Notes: generated from the letters alone by a model not told the origin. Positions 50,355-63,270 are shown, counted from the whole stretch's first letter. The stretch is 63,918 bases of DNA, filler included, from Asterionella formosa (GCA_002256025.1; 7 parts of 7 records of this genome joined end to end with filler, not necessarily neighbours in it); one strand, 5' to 3'. Made by a program: numbers and translations.

Positions 50355-50882
50355 CTACCGGTATAGAGGAGCCTTGGTTGGAGCAATAGTTATAACTGGA
50401 GATATTGTTGGATTTGGGGTTGAGGGTACAATTAAAAAGTAAGCAGCAGAAATGGGACCTTTAATGCCCCCCTTATCAGTAGCTTCGAAGTAAATGGTGT
50501 GGCGGCCGACGCTGTAACTAGATGCCTGAATGTTGTAGGCGCCTGTGCCAGGATCGGAGCTTGAAGGAAATCCACTGACCAAGATACCAGATCCACATCC
50601 GATGTCGTATGGGTGCACATCAACCCAGAGCCTAACAGAGGCAATGCCCTGTTTTGCAGACTTGAACCTTTCTGCAGACCACAGCAAGTCGCTGACTGTC
50701 ACACCAACTTTGAGAGTGCCATTGGCTGCCACAGAAGTAGCCCCGAACGTTATACCAATTACATCAGGACCCTTTGGAAGCAAATACGGCGCACTAGCAA
50801 TCTTAGCAGCATATGTAAGGGCCCCAATATTCTTTGGGACAATGCTGTTGTTGAAATAGTTGCAGTCTTGGTAGAATGCAGT
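50355..50882 (-). CDS. 3' part of an M14 zinc carboxypeptidase-like protein with a C-terminal beta-sandwich domain (5' end missing)
   Basis: Frame open from the contig edge: TAFYQDCNYFNNSIVPKNIGALTYAAKIASAPYLLPKGPDV...GRHTIYFEATD..G..GPISAAY. This resembles the post-catalytic region of carboxypeptidase-T-like M14 proteins; the zinc motifs lie outside the contig. Confidence 0.65.
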   Translation of the reverse strand, partial: TAFYQDCNYFNNSIVPKNIGALTYAAKIASAPYLLPKGPDVIGITFGATSVAANGTLKVGVTVSDLLWSAERFKSAKQGIASVRLWVDVHPYDIGCGSGILVSGFPSSSDPGTGAYNIQASSYSVGRHTIYFEATDKGGIKGPISAAYFLIVPSTPNPTISPVITIAPTKAPLYR

Positions 50883-50883
50883 G

Positions 50884-50983
50884 NNNNNNNNNNNNNNNNN
50901 NNNNNNNNNNNNNNNNNNNNNNNNNNNTTAATTAATTAANNNNNNNNNNNNNNNNNNNNNNNNNNNNNNNNNNNNNNNNNNNN
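50884..50983. other. Artificial contig spacer
   Basis: N-TTAATTAATTAA-N, 100 nt. Confidence 0.98.
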
Positions 50984-51270
50984 AAAATTACAATCCATTT
51001 CAACCTATTTTTAACAGCTATTTCGATTAGAGTTACCATTATATAAGGCAGGATAGGTATATGATAAAAGAATATACATCATAGGATAATGTTTTGATAA
51101 TTATATGGTGGTTTGATTATTTTGAGTAAGCTTAGCCTGCTCACTTTCATAGTATGCATTTATCATACATATAACAAAATATGCATCATGCACAGAAAAA
51201 TGCTGTGCCAGTTACCGGTATCATATGATACCCCTGATCTTATAAGTACGATATTTTTTATTTGCAGACA
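50984..51270 (-). mobile_element. Left end of a second copy of the CGTCTG-TIR DNA transposon
   Basis: aaaatgctgtgccag...gatacccctgatc...tttttatttgcagaca aligns with the reverse complement of 16102..16170. Confidence 0.8.
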
Positions 51271-53077
51271 ATACCTTCTCAACCATCTCTGCTCAGCAAC
51301 TTTCCCTCCTCTTGTGCAAGGTTCTCCCCTACATGACGATCCTCACAGTGGAATGTGATGAACCTTGCCATCCTGTCCATGCTAAATCCCGTATTGTAAT
51401 CCTCGGTAACCTCAGGGACACATATTGGACCAAGTCAGATACCTATGCCCCTGTACTCAGCCAGATGTCTCTTTGTCTCCTGCTCTCCCTGGCCATCGAA
51501 TGCCGCCAAGTACTCAAACAGGGTGACTGCAAAAATTCATTCTGCCACCACCCCACCATCCCTCCCCATGAAGTTATCGTTGTTCGACTCCCAATGGCTG
51601 TCCATTTTCTCCCCCTGGTACGTTCTGGCGCCTCAACAAAACTCTTTATGGCCTTCGTGGGAGCCCCCATCATTGGTACACCTGCTTTCGCGATGTCCTC
51701 CTCACCTTAGGCCTCACCTAGCGCCCACATGAGCCATGCCTCTTCTATGGTAAAGTGATTTCGGGCTCCTTTCCTCCCATCTTTGTGGGCATCTATGTTG
51801 ATGACTTCGCGTATTTTTCGGTAAGCGATGATGTTGAACAGTGGTTTGAGGCCACCGTTCTTACCGCCGCTCTTCGAGTTGATTTCATGGGACCTATTTC
51901 CTGGTTTCTTGGCATATACTTTACCTGGCTCCCATCCCCTGCCGATCACCACCTTTCCGTTGACCTCTCCCAAGAGGCCTACCTCCGCAACCTCCTCGAA
52001 CGATTTGACATGGTTGATTGCCGCCTGGATCCCACGCCCTATCGCTCCGGTCTAATGTTTGATCGCATTGTTGCTGATGGCGCTGCCCTCCTGTCTCTGG
52101 CCCGTACTGCTATTCTTACTCTCTATCAATCCCTTGTTGGGGCTCTCATCTTGCTTGCTGTCAGTACCCGCCCTGAACTCTCTGTGGCTGTCACCTTCTT
52201 GCCCAGTACAACTCCACGGCCACCCCTGCCCATCTCCTTGGTGCCAAATATGTACTTCGCTACTTCACCGGTTCTCTGGATCACGGGCTCTCCTTTACCT
52301 CCCATTCAGCTTCTTCTTATCTGTCCACCACCTTCGGCTGGCCTCATGACGACCCCACCCTTATGACATACATCGATGCCAATTGGGTCCCCCAGGATGC
52401 CTCTCGCCCTAACCCCACTGATCTTGTCACCCTCACGGAATGCTGTTCTCTCTTGGGCTCCATCAGCACGCGCACTAGCGGCCCCCTCGCTTAGCATGTC
52501 ATCCGCGAACCCCGGCGTGTTAGCCGGAGCACCTGTGAATCTGAAATCAAATCTGCTGACGAAGGTACGAAGTTTACCCAGCAGTTCCTCCGCCACCTTC
52601 TCTCTGACCTCCATATGCCTTATGTTACCCTCCCAACCACCCTTTGGAATGACAATAAAGGGGCAGTGGAATGGTCACACAATTGTTCCAACAAGAAAAT
52701 GCGGCATCTTAACATTCGTGACATGGCGGTCCGTGATGCCCACCGGTGCTCGGAAATCATCATTTTTCACCTCCCTGGTGATCTCAAGGTTGCCGATTTA
52801 TTCACCAAGGAACACAAAGACGATGTTCACTTCATCTGTCTTCGCAATATTATTGTCCCGTCTCATGGTAATTTTCCTACTTAAGGGGGGGTGCTGGTAC
52901 CGCATACCAGTTACTCCGCTACTGTCTGTGCCAGAACGTACATAAGTATGTTATTACCAATAGGTAGACCCCTTATCTCTAGTTAGCTAATCTAGATCCG
53001 CAGTTTCTCTGTCAAACAACCTCTGTTGGTCTGTTTGCAAGTGCTCGTTCCTCCTTCCGCCCTGACATTTTTCGACA
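51271..53077 (+). mobile_element. Ty1/copia 3' half (third family): frameshifted RT, RNase H, PPT, 3' LTR
   Basis: AKSRIVILGN, KQGDCKNSFC, YGLR, IYVDDF, NDNKGAV, KKMRHLNIR, ADLFTKEH; PPT AAGGGGGGG at 52883..52891. The LTR starts TGCTGG at 52892 and probably ends at ...GACA 53067 or 53077. Confidence 0.9.
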
Positions 53078-55749
53078 TCGTGAGTTTCTTGTTTAAGCTT
53101 TGCTTTTGTGTAGAAAGGAATCATATGCTAAGAACATTTCATGCCCAGTTTGGATTTTGGAATTGATTTTGTTGTGGAAACATTATGCTACCTGCTAGCC
53201 TAAAAATGTTTCTACGTAGCTACTGACAAATTACCACTGCCAAGTCCATATGGAGAGAATTGTATATCTCTGGTACCTGGTACCTGGTACTGCTCTGTGA
53301 CAATAAACCGTGCATACCACACATTCTGTCGACAAACTGCAATTACTCCGAAGAAACTTCTAGTATCATTATTGTATCTCGATTTGGAATTGTCCAAAGC
53401 TTTGGAGGATTTGAAACGGAGATACCTCTAGCGTCATCGTGTTATTCCACAAGAGGTGCGTTGAAAAATTTGGACAGATATTTGCCAACGCTTTGGCATA
53501 TCTTTTTTGAGACCACCTTCATCATGGCCTAGTTCACAAACAAACCACGGATTTCGTAAAGTAGTCCACAAATATTCTTTACCGTATACTCTAACAGCAA
53601 TATTACGCCTTTATAAATTGTCATTCACGCATTTTCCAGGTTGTGGCATTCATTCAAAATAGAAAATTCTTATGATGCATCCAAAGCTTTGGATATTTGG
53701 TACCATGTCGACACAAGGACGCCTTGCTTGCTTCCGCTGATAGCAAATCTTTATAGCTGCTGAACTCTTCTTTCAAGCTTTGCCGGAATGAAGCTTTAGT
53801 TCGGGTTGAGTCTCAGCCTAGGTGATTTCGAAATTTTTTCGAAATGGAATTCGAAATCTTTTAGTCAAAATATGTCCAAATCTACCACAAAGCTTTGGTA
53901 GCTTTCATAATAACACTTGGTGGTTCTTCTATGGGTGGGTGATACACTACTCCTAGGAATATCTCCCCATCACCCACAATAAGTGTTGTTGCATCTCAAA
54001 ACTATTCTCCTCGTTATCGCACATTGTGCAAGCATATATATGAATATATCTACATAGAGCGATTTTGATCTGCAAACATCAGGACAATTGTGAAAGAGAA
54101 ATGAAGTTTCTTTGGAGGAGAAGTAAAGGGATAATTGACAATGGTCTTGCGGGAACAAGAATGGATTGACCCAAACAATTTTGACAAATAGGTACCTACG
54201 GGAAAAGGAAGCAATCCTTTCGGCGTCATCAATCTAGCTATACACAAGCCTGCGCCACCTGACATCAATATAGCTACCTCGACTTCATCAATGACGAAGT
54301 CAATGGGTGTAGCATGTGAGGAAAATCGGGGTTGAGGTTTTCTTGACGCCAACGTGGGCCTGATTGGCTGAACTCCTTGCAGATGAAGGTATTGAGTAGC
54401 TAACCTGGGCCTGTGAAGCCAAAGGATAAAGAAAAATCTTTGACAAGGGGGGTGAGATATTGTTTAGGAGGGGGAGCAAAATTTATCATAGCTGAACGCA
54501 TTCGAAACTTGTATAGTCAATAACTGGTGGCATACCATGGCTGCTCTTGGCTGACAGTTGCCAAGTCAAGTACAAACACAACGAGGGTGCACAAAAGACA
54601 GTCCAATTTTAATCGACTGGCTGATACATAGTTTTGATACCCACCATTCTGCAATGGGGTGGACTTTGATCATTGCTTCGTTCGAAGCACAATCAATTCG
54701 AATGCTGTCCAGTGAAACAGCCAATGAAAACAACTGTGGTGGCGAAAAAGCGCAGAACAGATCAAGAGATTTCATAGGAATTAAAATAAGAACAGCAGGG
54801 CATATATGATGCACTGCTTCTTTTGTAGACTATATTTGATCATTTCCATATTTCATACTATACAGGTGCAGCACGGATGACTCCTCCCGCCCTTTCATTA
54901 GATATGCAGCCATGTTGCGATAATTCTACAGGACCTATAGGATTGGTAGTCTGGTGGTCATCATTTCCGCATTGTATATACCAGTAGGAGTCATGTATGT
55001 ATGCATGCATGCTGCGATAATTCTTACAAGACATAAAAATTTGGTAGCTTGGGGGTTATCACTTCCGTACTGTATACAGGGGGGAAGGGGTTGCATGCAT
55101 GAGCAACTACTCCGGTATAAACTATGATCTTTAATCAATCAATTTTGAGTCGTTTATCCTATACCTTTGATCATAACATATTGATCATATGAGAAACGGT
55201 GTCGTTGATGAGAAAATGAAAGATCAAAATTTATTTTCAAGAATCAGGATTAATTGATCTTAAAACTATGATCAAATGATCCTATACACATGAGCATATT
55301 CAGTTTTCCGCTGCACTATTGTGGTATTTCCATGATAGAAGTAATTCCCAGCAATTATTCAGTACTACCGGTAGGCCATATGAATTTTGGTCAATATGTC
55401 TATATACTTAATTTTCTGATTTCGACCATTTAAAAAATTGGTAATGACTCCCATTTATTAAGGGGCTTAATTAAATCAGCCACTGACTTGTAGGTACAGT
55501 ACAAGAATTGACACAAAACAAATTGAAAAAACTCAACAGGTAGTGGAAAACTTTGAACTCATCATGCATTGTATATATTCTAATTATGTATAATCAAAAT
55601 TGATGTTGCTTAGTATACACAGGATGTGCCGTATAATGAGCGTGTTTTGAACTATGCAAATGTTCAACTATATATACATTTAACTTCTTACAAATCTTTA
55701 TAAATATATATATATATATGTATTCATGGCTGAACCATTCGAAATCATG

Positions 55750-56096
55750 TTTTCATGTTCCTTGTCATGCATGCATACACTTTGCTCCTGAAATGAAGGA
55801 TCATCACATATGATGACGCGGAAAACGAAAGTGATAATAAAGCACAATGATACTTGTGGCTTAGAAGAGAAGGGCGGAATCAATTGATGGTTAGTCAAGA
55901 GCAAATGCTTTTCATGTTCCTTGTCTTGCTGCATCCACTTCCTGAAATGAAGGATCTCAAGCAACACATGATGCGAAAAACTGAAGTGACAATACAGCAC
56001 GATGATACACCAGGCGGGTAAGAATGAGTGAATATGATGGAGAAAGGTGGAATCAACAAGCTGTGCATAGCATCATGGTTTGTCAAGAGCAAATGC
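55750..56096 (+). repeat. Imperfect tandem duplication (about 160 + 190 bp)
   Basis: ttttcatgttccttgtc...tcctgaaatgaaggatc...gtcaagagcaaatgc occurs twice (starting at about 55750 and 55909). Confidence 0.8.
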
Positions 56097-56799
56097 GAGG
56101 ATGATCAATTGCTGGGATTACAAATATGGAATGACTCGTCCCCTTTCAGTTATTCAATAGCTCCTTTTCGATTTGGTGGCTGGCCAACCATCAATGTGGA
56201 CAAAAGAAATCGGTAAGTGCTATCATCGATCTTTGGATCAATCCACAACTGTTAGAAAAACTGGCACATATGTGTTGCTTCTTTCAGGATATATTTAGAC
56301 AAACAGTATTTGTAACTTACAAACAGCAGTATTGGAGCCCATTTATTGATCGATACTTTCTCATTCAATCTTCAACTGACACATTCTTTTACAGAACTAT
56401 GCATCAGTTACTTCCTCAATTTGTGGTAAGTGAAGATAGAAGCAAAATGCACGTTGTTGTGTAAGCAAAACATGAACAGCTAACAATGAATTGCTTCTCT
56501 TTGTTAGTATGGCTGATTGGAACAACGAAACGGATTCAATAGTGCGTGAATGCAAACTCAGATCCATCAAGAGTAAATGGAACAAAGCAGGGGAACAACG
56601 GCAAGGCAACCAGCACTACTACAGCAACCTTCAGAATTGGATTGGGGGAAGGTGGAAGGAAGCACCAATCATTGCGATGAGAGTATTCTGGTAGAACATT
56701 CTGTAGCCACTCAAGATATTGAAACATAAAAACATGAAACCATTCTTAAATATAGTTCTAAATTTCGATCAATTTCTTCCTATTTTAGACAGTGATATC

Positions 56800-57032
56800 G
56801 ATGAGAATTACGATCATGCTAAGATAGATGTATGACAAAAGCATACACATCATATGACCATGTTTAACTTATTATATGATGCAATGGTATTATAACTATG
56901 ATAGTATCATCATACTTCAAGCTCAGTAAAAGTTTACTGCATGATCATAATTATGTGATACATTGATCATATTTTTGATCGAAAAACTATCATATATGTA
57001 AAAATCCTGTGCCACTTAGCGTATGATAGACG
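56800..57032 (-). mobile_element. Left end of a third copy of the CGTCTG-TIR DNA transposon (TIR internally deleted; other end not identified)
   Basis: ttgatcatatttttgatc...aaaatcctgtgccacttagcgtatgata-gacg matches the reverse complement of about 16102..16210 with a ~35-nt deletion. Confidence 0.8.
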
Positions 57033-60000
57033 CAAAAACGGCTAGGGCTGGGATTCTAGAAAAGCATTCCATTGGCGGTCGTATCAGCACAACCAAGCGC
57101 AAGGCCAGTAAAGATCTGGCTTTCAAATTGGGTGTTGGCGCCATGGGAACCATCACGAGGGCGGCGGTAATAGCCAACACAACCGAATTGAAAAAGGGTC
57201 CGGTGGTCCGGTTTGATACCGTAGAACAGCTTGATTGGGGTGGTGTAGGATGTGGAGGAGCCATGGAGGCAAAGAACTATATTCATGCCGAGTGAGGCCT
57301 CACGGACGGCCCAGAACCAGTATCGTTTGGGAAGGCCGGCTTCAGCCAGGAAGAAACGGGCCATGTTAACAGCAACACGCCAGTAAGCTTCGACAAGGCC
57401 ATTCTTTGATTGGCGATAGGGGGGGGGGGCGGAATTTATACAGATACCTTTCAAGATGAGGAGGTTGTGGGTAGGACCGCCGAGAAATTTGTGGTCAAAA
57501 TCGCACTGAGTAATCCGGGGAAACCCACTGGAGTCAACAAACAAGCGCCAGGAGGCAGAAATAATGGTGGTACTAGACAGATCTTTGAAACCGCAACACC
57601 ATGTTTTGCGACTGTATTGATCTACTAACATTACACAGTAGCGGATACCGCCAGGGCTAACGCCATCACCAAAGCCGATGTCAATCCCCACTTGGTGGAG
57701 GATGGAGATGGCACGGGAGAGGGGGGCTCCAGAAGGGCCCCGTTTAATATTGACCACATCACCAATAGAAATGTGTGGCTCAAACTTGTCGGAGAGTTGA
57801 ATGCCATCGGCCACTGTGGGGAAGATGGAGTAATTGATTCCGGATGCTCGCAAGTCATGACGGCGGGAGCAGGAAGAGAGAGATGGAGGCCACCAGTAGA
57901 CAGGTATGTGGGCTTGGGGGGATTGGGTGCTATGAGGCACGGATGACTGGGATCAGTGACAGGAGGAGGGGCCGCGGTGCTGCGGTGGATAGGCCAGAGC
58001 ATAGGCCGGACAGGGGCCCGTTTGAGGGCGAGGTGGGCCACCAAATAGAGGGGGCAGGGATGTCGTCGTAGGAATAGGAGGGAGCCTGAGGGGCTGGAGC
58101 ATAGGCAAGGAGGCAGTCAGAAGTATCATCGACGGCAAGGTGTAACGACGGGAAGGTGAGGAAGCAACTGCTCGGGTCGGCAAGGAACGTGCAGCCAGGA
58201 CCCCGATGGCGATGGACCCGGATGGATAAGAGAGGGATGTCCAAGCCAGGAAAATGGAGGCAGTTGGTCAGGCGGACGAAATGAGAGGCCCCTAAGTGGA
58301 TGGAGACGGCGCCACGACCAAGGACAGGGGTCTGATGATTATTGGCCACCCGTACGAAGCAATCAGTCAGCGGCATGTATGTGAGGAAGCACATACGGTC
58401 GGGGAACATGTCAACTGACGCCCCAGAGTCCGGGCAAATATGGTTAGCAACCGGGAGGGTATTGTGATGGATGGTGCCAAGACACGCACCAAGGCGGCGA
58501 GCAGAACCAAGAGTGGTGGAAGGAGAATGGGGAGGGGTACCATGATCGTGATCCAGGTAGGGAAAATGTTCATCCGGGCAGTCGTTCTCAGCAAGCAGGT
58601 CAGCAAGCGGAGCGAAGGGGTTGATGGAATCATCTGCTACCTGATGGGCACAACTGGTGGGGGCTGGGAGCAAGGAAGTCGGGAGAACGGCAGGGGCGTC
58701 CGCAAGAGTAGGGATTGGGGCCGGGGAGGGGCCGGGAGGAGGAAATTCACTAACTAGGCGACCGGAGCCGAGTAACCCACCCGTGGAAGAAGAAGGCAGA
58801 GCGCCAGGACGAGGAGAATGGGGGGATGAGGGAGCAGTTGTGGAGACTGGTTTTGGGGTGATGGTAAACCGAGGTGTAATCAGGGAGCATTGGTGAAGGT
58901 CATGTGCATTGCAACGATGGACCGGGCATTTGAAGGCAACCATGGAGCGGGCCTGGACATGAGAGAACGAGGTGTTGCCAATCCAGCAGGCTGTGGGGGA
59001 AGGAACCATGGCAGAGGAGGAAGAGGGACGACCAGTGTGGCCCATTTTTGCAAGGTCGAACCCAGGGGTGTCCGTGTAGGTCTTTGCGGAGTCCACTAAT
59101 GTGATGAGGGTCATGGTAGTGATGTCTTTTTGATGTAATAGGTAAGGTTGTACAAAAGAATGAAATGCTGGGCCAAGAGCGAGGAGATAGCGGTAGCAAA
59201 TGAATGGCTGGGTAAATGGTTGGCCAGCGGCTGAGGCCTGGGAAACAAGCTCACACCAGTTGCGGAAGGACAGTTTGAGGGGGGTTTCTTTATCGTTCTG
59301 GAAAAGATGTCCCAAGCTGTAAGGAGGTTGATGAGGGAGGAGTAGTAGGAGTGAGAGACCCGATAAAATTGGATAACCTTGTGGAGAAGGGCAATGCCAT
59401 CATGGAGGATGTCCTCGCGACTCCGCCAATGGTCAGAAGCTTGGTCATGAAGGGCAACAAACAGCACGCTATACAAGGCCTGGGAGAGCACGGTATTGGA
59501 GGGATCAGTTGGGGAAGCCAGGTGAATGTGGCGCCAAGCAGGGGTGCTGAGTCGGGTGGTGAGCACGGTATACCGCTCATTGAAGCGGGTGGGATCGCCA
59601 TTGACCAAGGAAGGGGAGTGGAAACTTCCTTCTTGATGTCACGGAGGCCAAGCGGGACACAAGTGCAGCCTGGATGTCAGCTTTGGTGGCAACGGTGCTG
59701 GACGCAAGCGAGTTGGGATGGGGAGAGGACATGATGGTGAAGGAGTTAGAGGTAGAATGGGTGGCGACTATAGGGTTAGGTTTAAGAGGGGATCCCACTA
59801 GTTCAGCAGGGGATGCAGCGGAGGATGTGGCCAAGAAGGGAGAGTAAAAGTGGGCTAGAGGATGGGTGTCCTCATGATTGGCACCAGTAGGGGCCAGGAA
59901 GGGTAGGGGACATAGGGTTGGTGAAACAGAGTGGCGTAGAACTGGACCGGATCCATGTGAAGAAAGCCTAAAGGAAGCGAGGAGGGGAGAGGACCACAGC

Positions 60001-60402
60001 CTGGAATGGGGGCATAAGCATCAACATCACCAGCATGGTGAAGATAGGCCTGAGCAGCCGAGGCGAAGGTGTTGAAACCGCCGACTTGACTGCAGAGAGT
60101 ACCCCACTGATAGCCTGCTGTAAGCGCCCATGTGAGGGGCCAGCTATGAAAAATGCCACTATGGCGGCCCCGGAATACAACATAGTAACGCTTTTGGGAG
60201 CGTTCAAGAGACCGGTCGGTACCCTGGTATTGCTGGTAAAAGGGGTGCGGAAATCCATCCACAGCGGACAGGAAGCCTACATGGGGGGACTCGATGGGGC
60301 AATAATGGGGATGGGTGGATGAATCATCCGGGGTATAATAGGCGGGGGAACCAAAGGCTGCAGACCGGATGGGGGGTGCTGAGGTGGTAGTTTAGAATCC
60401 AT
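57033..60402 (-). mobile_element. Ty1/copia 5' half: HBD-like domain, gag, protease, integrase (frameshifted); no LTR recognised
   Basis: Gag (HDGIALLHKV; CPVHRCNAHDLHQC), protease CPDSGAS, integrase GIDIGFG...CDFD...RQSKNGLVE...YWFWA, ending at GMLF*NP where the DNA transposon end begins. Confidence 0.88.
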
Positions 60403-61047
60403 ACCGTTGGTACATATGCATTTACATTAACCCTAACGGGCCTACCGGTACTAGTATTGTGTAGTACCATGGCGAACCAGCAGTTTCCGGAAGAAGCCAG
60501 CAACCAGTCCTATGAATGTACCGGAATGTAGTGGTGACGATGGTACCTAATATTAAATTTCTGACTAAAGGCATGTACATACGTAGTTCCTCTATTCACA
60601 TTTGTCATCAATCATGACAAGCGTACACAAAATATGTGGTATCTACACACGAGACACAATGATCTTACCGGTCCCTGGTACTGTACCATTGTTACTCTAC
60701 CGGCATATACGGAACAGTCAAAAATTCTTCTTTACATCATCATTGTAACGGTTACCGGTTTGTACCTGCTACCAGGTACCATGATACATAGGAGTGGATA
60801 ACGTCGGACACAACATTGACATAGTTATCTACCGGTAGACTTTGGGCCCCTTACAGGAACGGCATGCAGACCTTATGTATGTACCAACCTGGTTACCAGG
60901 TTTCCTGTTCACTGCAACTGGTTTTTATACCGGTATGTTTTTTACTGTGTAGGAGCACAAGTCTATAATGTCGTTGTTTGTACATAAAGAAGATCGCGTT
61001 ACGTATCGATTCATTCATTACTTACTAACTACAAAATCACAATTATC

Positions 61048-61147
61048 NNNNNNNNNNNNNNNNNNNNNNNNNNNNNNNNNNNNNNNNNNNNTTAATTAAT
61101 TAANNNNNNNNNNNNNNNNNNNNNNNNNNNNNNNNNNNNNNNNNNNN
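61048..61147. other. Artificial contig spacer
   Basis: N-TTAATTAATTAA-N, 100 nt. Confidence 0.98.
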
Positions 61148-62087
61148 TAGCATTGGAGTGGTTGATGCCAATAAATAGCAGAGAGCTAGCAGTAGTGTCA
61201 AGAAGGGAGTTGGTGGAGGTGTCACTTGGACGAGTAGAGGGATCATATGAGGACTTTTCTTTACAAGCACTTTTCATTGATGCATGTGGACTGAAGCGGC
61301 GAGTGTGGATGTGTGAAGGGAGTCAAGAGTGGTGGTTGGAGGGGGGTTAGAGAGGCGAGATAGGAGGGTAAAAGAGATTGTATTTCAGGGGAATTAATCA
61401 GCTAAGCTGGGCTTTGCAGTTTTGACCCCAAAGTTTCAAATGTAGTAGACTTGGAGGACTTGTGAGAGGATTTGAATGGGGGATGAACACCACTAGGAGT
61501 GAAGGTGACAGTGTCAGCCATCATAGGAATATCAGGAGGAGCAGCATGGGTGGAAAGCGCCATGGTCAAGAAGGGTGATTGAAGCAACAGCAGTGCAATG
61601 GGAATGGCCATGGAATGTTAGAGGGCAAGTACCCCGGAAATTTCAATGATTCATGATTCAATGTTGAAAAAGTTTGGTTTCAAATAAAACATTAATGTTA
61701 ATTAGTCTCAAAATATTCATTATAGGTCCAAAATGCCTACCGGCACCGGTAAACATTTCCTTGTACGTGGGGTTTCTAACGGTACGAGGTAGCATCTTTT
61801 GTTGCTGCGACTCTGCAACCATATATAATACCTGGTATTCCTATCATTTATTGCAGTGTTTCTCATCAGCAACCATTCTCCCTCTTACCCTTATCCGCTC
61901 CCCCTATCGCTCTTTGTCCTGCCTGTTGGTTCCGGCACTGACAACGATTGGAATTTCGCAAATTTCCCTCGTTTTAGCGTTCTCATTGGAAAGAAAATCA
62001 TTATTAACAATATCTTCTATTACTCCCAGTATCAACCGGTATGCATTTGCACCATCATCCATACTACCGGTACTTCGCAACACAATA

Positions 62088-63152
62088 ATGACCAGCAACA
62101 AGGATGATGTCATCATTGTTGACTTGACTGATGCAGATGGAGACACCTCGCCACCAAAGAAACGTAGCAAGAAAGCATCTGCAGCGTCACAAGGAACGAC
62201 GAATACAACAATGACGCCACTAGGAACCTTGCCCTCCGACAACTCAGCAACAGCTGCTACTACTGCTGCTGCTACTGTATCTGATATTAAACCTGCCACC
62301 CAAAAATTATCTCCATTTACTATTTGTACATACAATGTATGGTTTGGTCGTGAGGAAGAGGCAGGACCCTTTGGGAAGGAGCGAATGATGGCACTCATGG
62401 ATGTTGTGTTACCTCATACACCTCGCTTCATTGGGCTACAGGAAGTCACTCCACTATTGGCCATGCATCTAGCACCATCGCTTCAGGCAGCTGGATACAA
62501 GGTTTTTAGTCAACCGTTGCTCCAGGGGTATGGAAGTCTTGTGGCAGTACGAGCAGATCACATTGTGGATGGTGGGTTTGTTCCCTTTGAGGTAACCAAC
62601 CTTGGACGAGGCATTTCTTGGGCCATTTGTCAATTTGATGGTAGAGAAGTGCTCTTTACAACGACTCATGCGGAAAGTTGGTGTGGACCAGAATACATTG
62701 GAGCCAAAGAGCGTGAACTCCAACTCAAGGAAATGACCAAGTATTGTGAGCAATGGATGAAGAAGCGTCCGTTCATCGACATTGCCATTATTACTGGGGA
62801 TTTGAATTGGGATGATTGGAGACCAAGGAGTCAAGGACCAAATACGCCTCTGGAAGATGTTGTAGGACCAGAATGGCTTGATTGCTGGAAAATACTACAT
62901 CCCAACACCAAGGATGATCCTGGCTATACCTATGACGGGAAAACAAATCCCATGCTGAATACCGGACTGCGACGCCGTTTTGATCGATGCTTGATTCGGA
63001 CTAACCAAAAACCATTTTCTGTAGAAGCAGCTATTTTGATTGGCAAAGATGCTATTCCTGGATTGATGTGGGCGAGCCGAGGACTAGAAAAAAGTAAGGT
63101 CCCCGTCACACCATCAGACCACTATGGGATTGTGGTCACGATACAATACTAA
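62088..63152 (+). CDS. TDP2: Tyrosyl-DNA phosphodiesterase 2-like EEP-superfamily enzyme (354 aa)
   Basis: TYNVWF, IGLQEVT, TNLGR, TTHAES, GDLNW, GYTYDGKTNPML, RFDR, PSDHYG. First in-frame ATG is at 62088; NLS PPKKRSKK. Confidence 0.88.
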   Translation: MTSNKDDVIIVDLTDADGDTSPPKKRSKKASAASQGTTNTTMTPLGTLPSDNSATAATTAAATVSDIKPATQKLSPFTICTYNVWFGREEEAGPFGKERMMALMDVVLPHTPRFIGLQEVTPLLAMHLAPSLQAAGYKVFSQPLLQGYGSLVAVRADHIVDGGFVPFEVTNLGRGISWAICQFDGREVLFTTTHAESWCGPEYIGAKERELQLKEMTKYCEQWMKKRPFIDIAIITGDLNWDDWRPRSQGPNTPLEDVVGPEWLDCWKILHPNTKDDPGYTYDGKTNPMLNTGLRRRFDRCLIRTNQKPFSVEAAILIGKDAIPGLMWASRGLEKSKVPVTPSDHYGIVVTIQY

Positions 63153-63270
63153 TAATGACAAGAGCTACTTTGGTAGTTTGTACCACAGGTGAGGTGGTGC
63201 TATTTTAAATCTTGTGACATATATTCTTTTCCAAGGTGAGCACAGGTCGACGGATACAATTAATTAAAAT

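Noticed and set aside
10114..61147. Regularly spaced TTAATTAATTAA palindromes about every 10.2 kb, and any gene cluster spanning them
   Set aside because: They sit in identical 100-nt N spacers between contigs of nearly descending length; this is an assembly concatenation artefact. ORFs ending in XXXLIN are artefacts too.
61674..62087. 138-aa N-terminal extension of the TDP2 ORF
   Set aside because: It starts at a non-ATG codon and reads like UTR or promoter sequence; the first ATG is at 62088.
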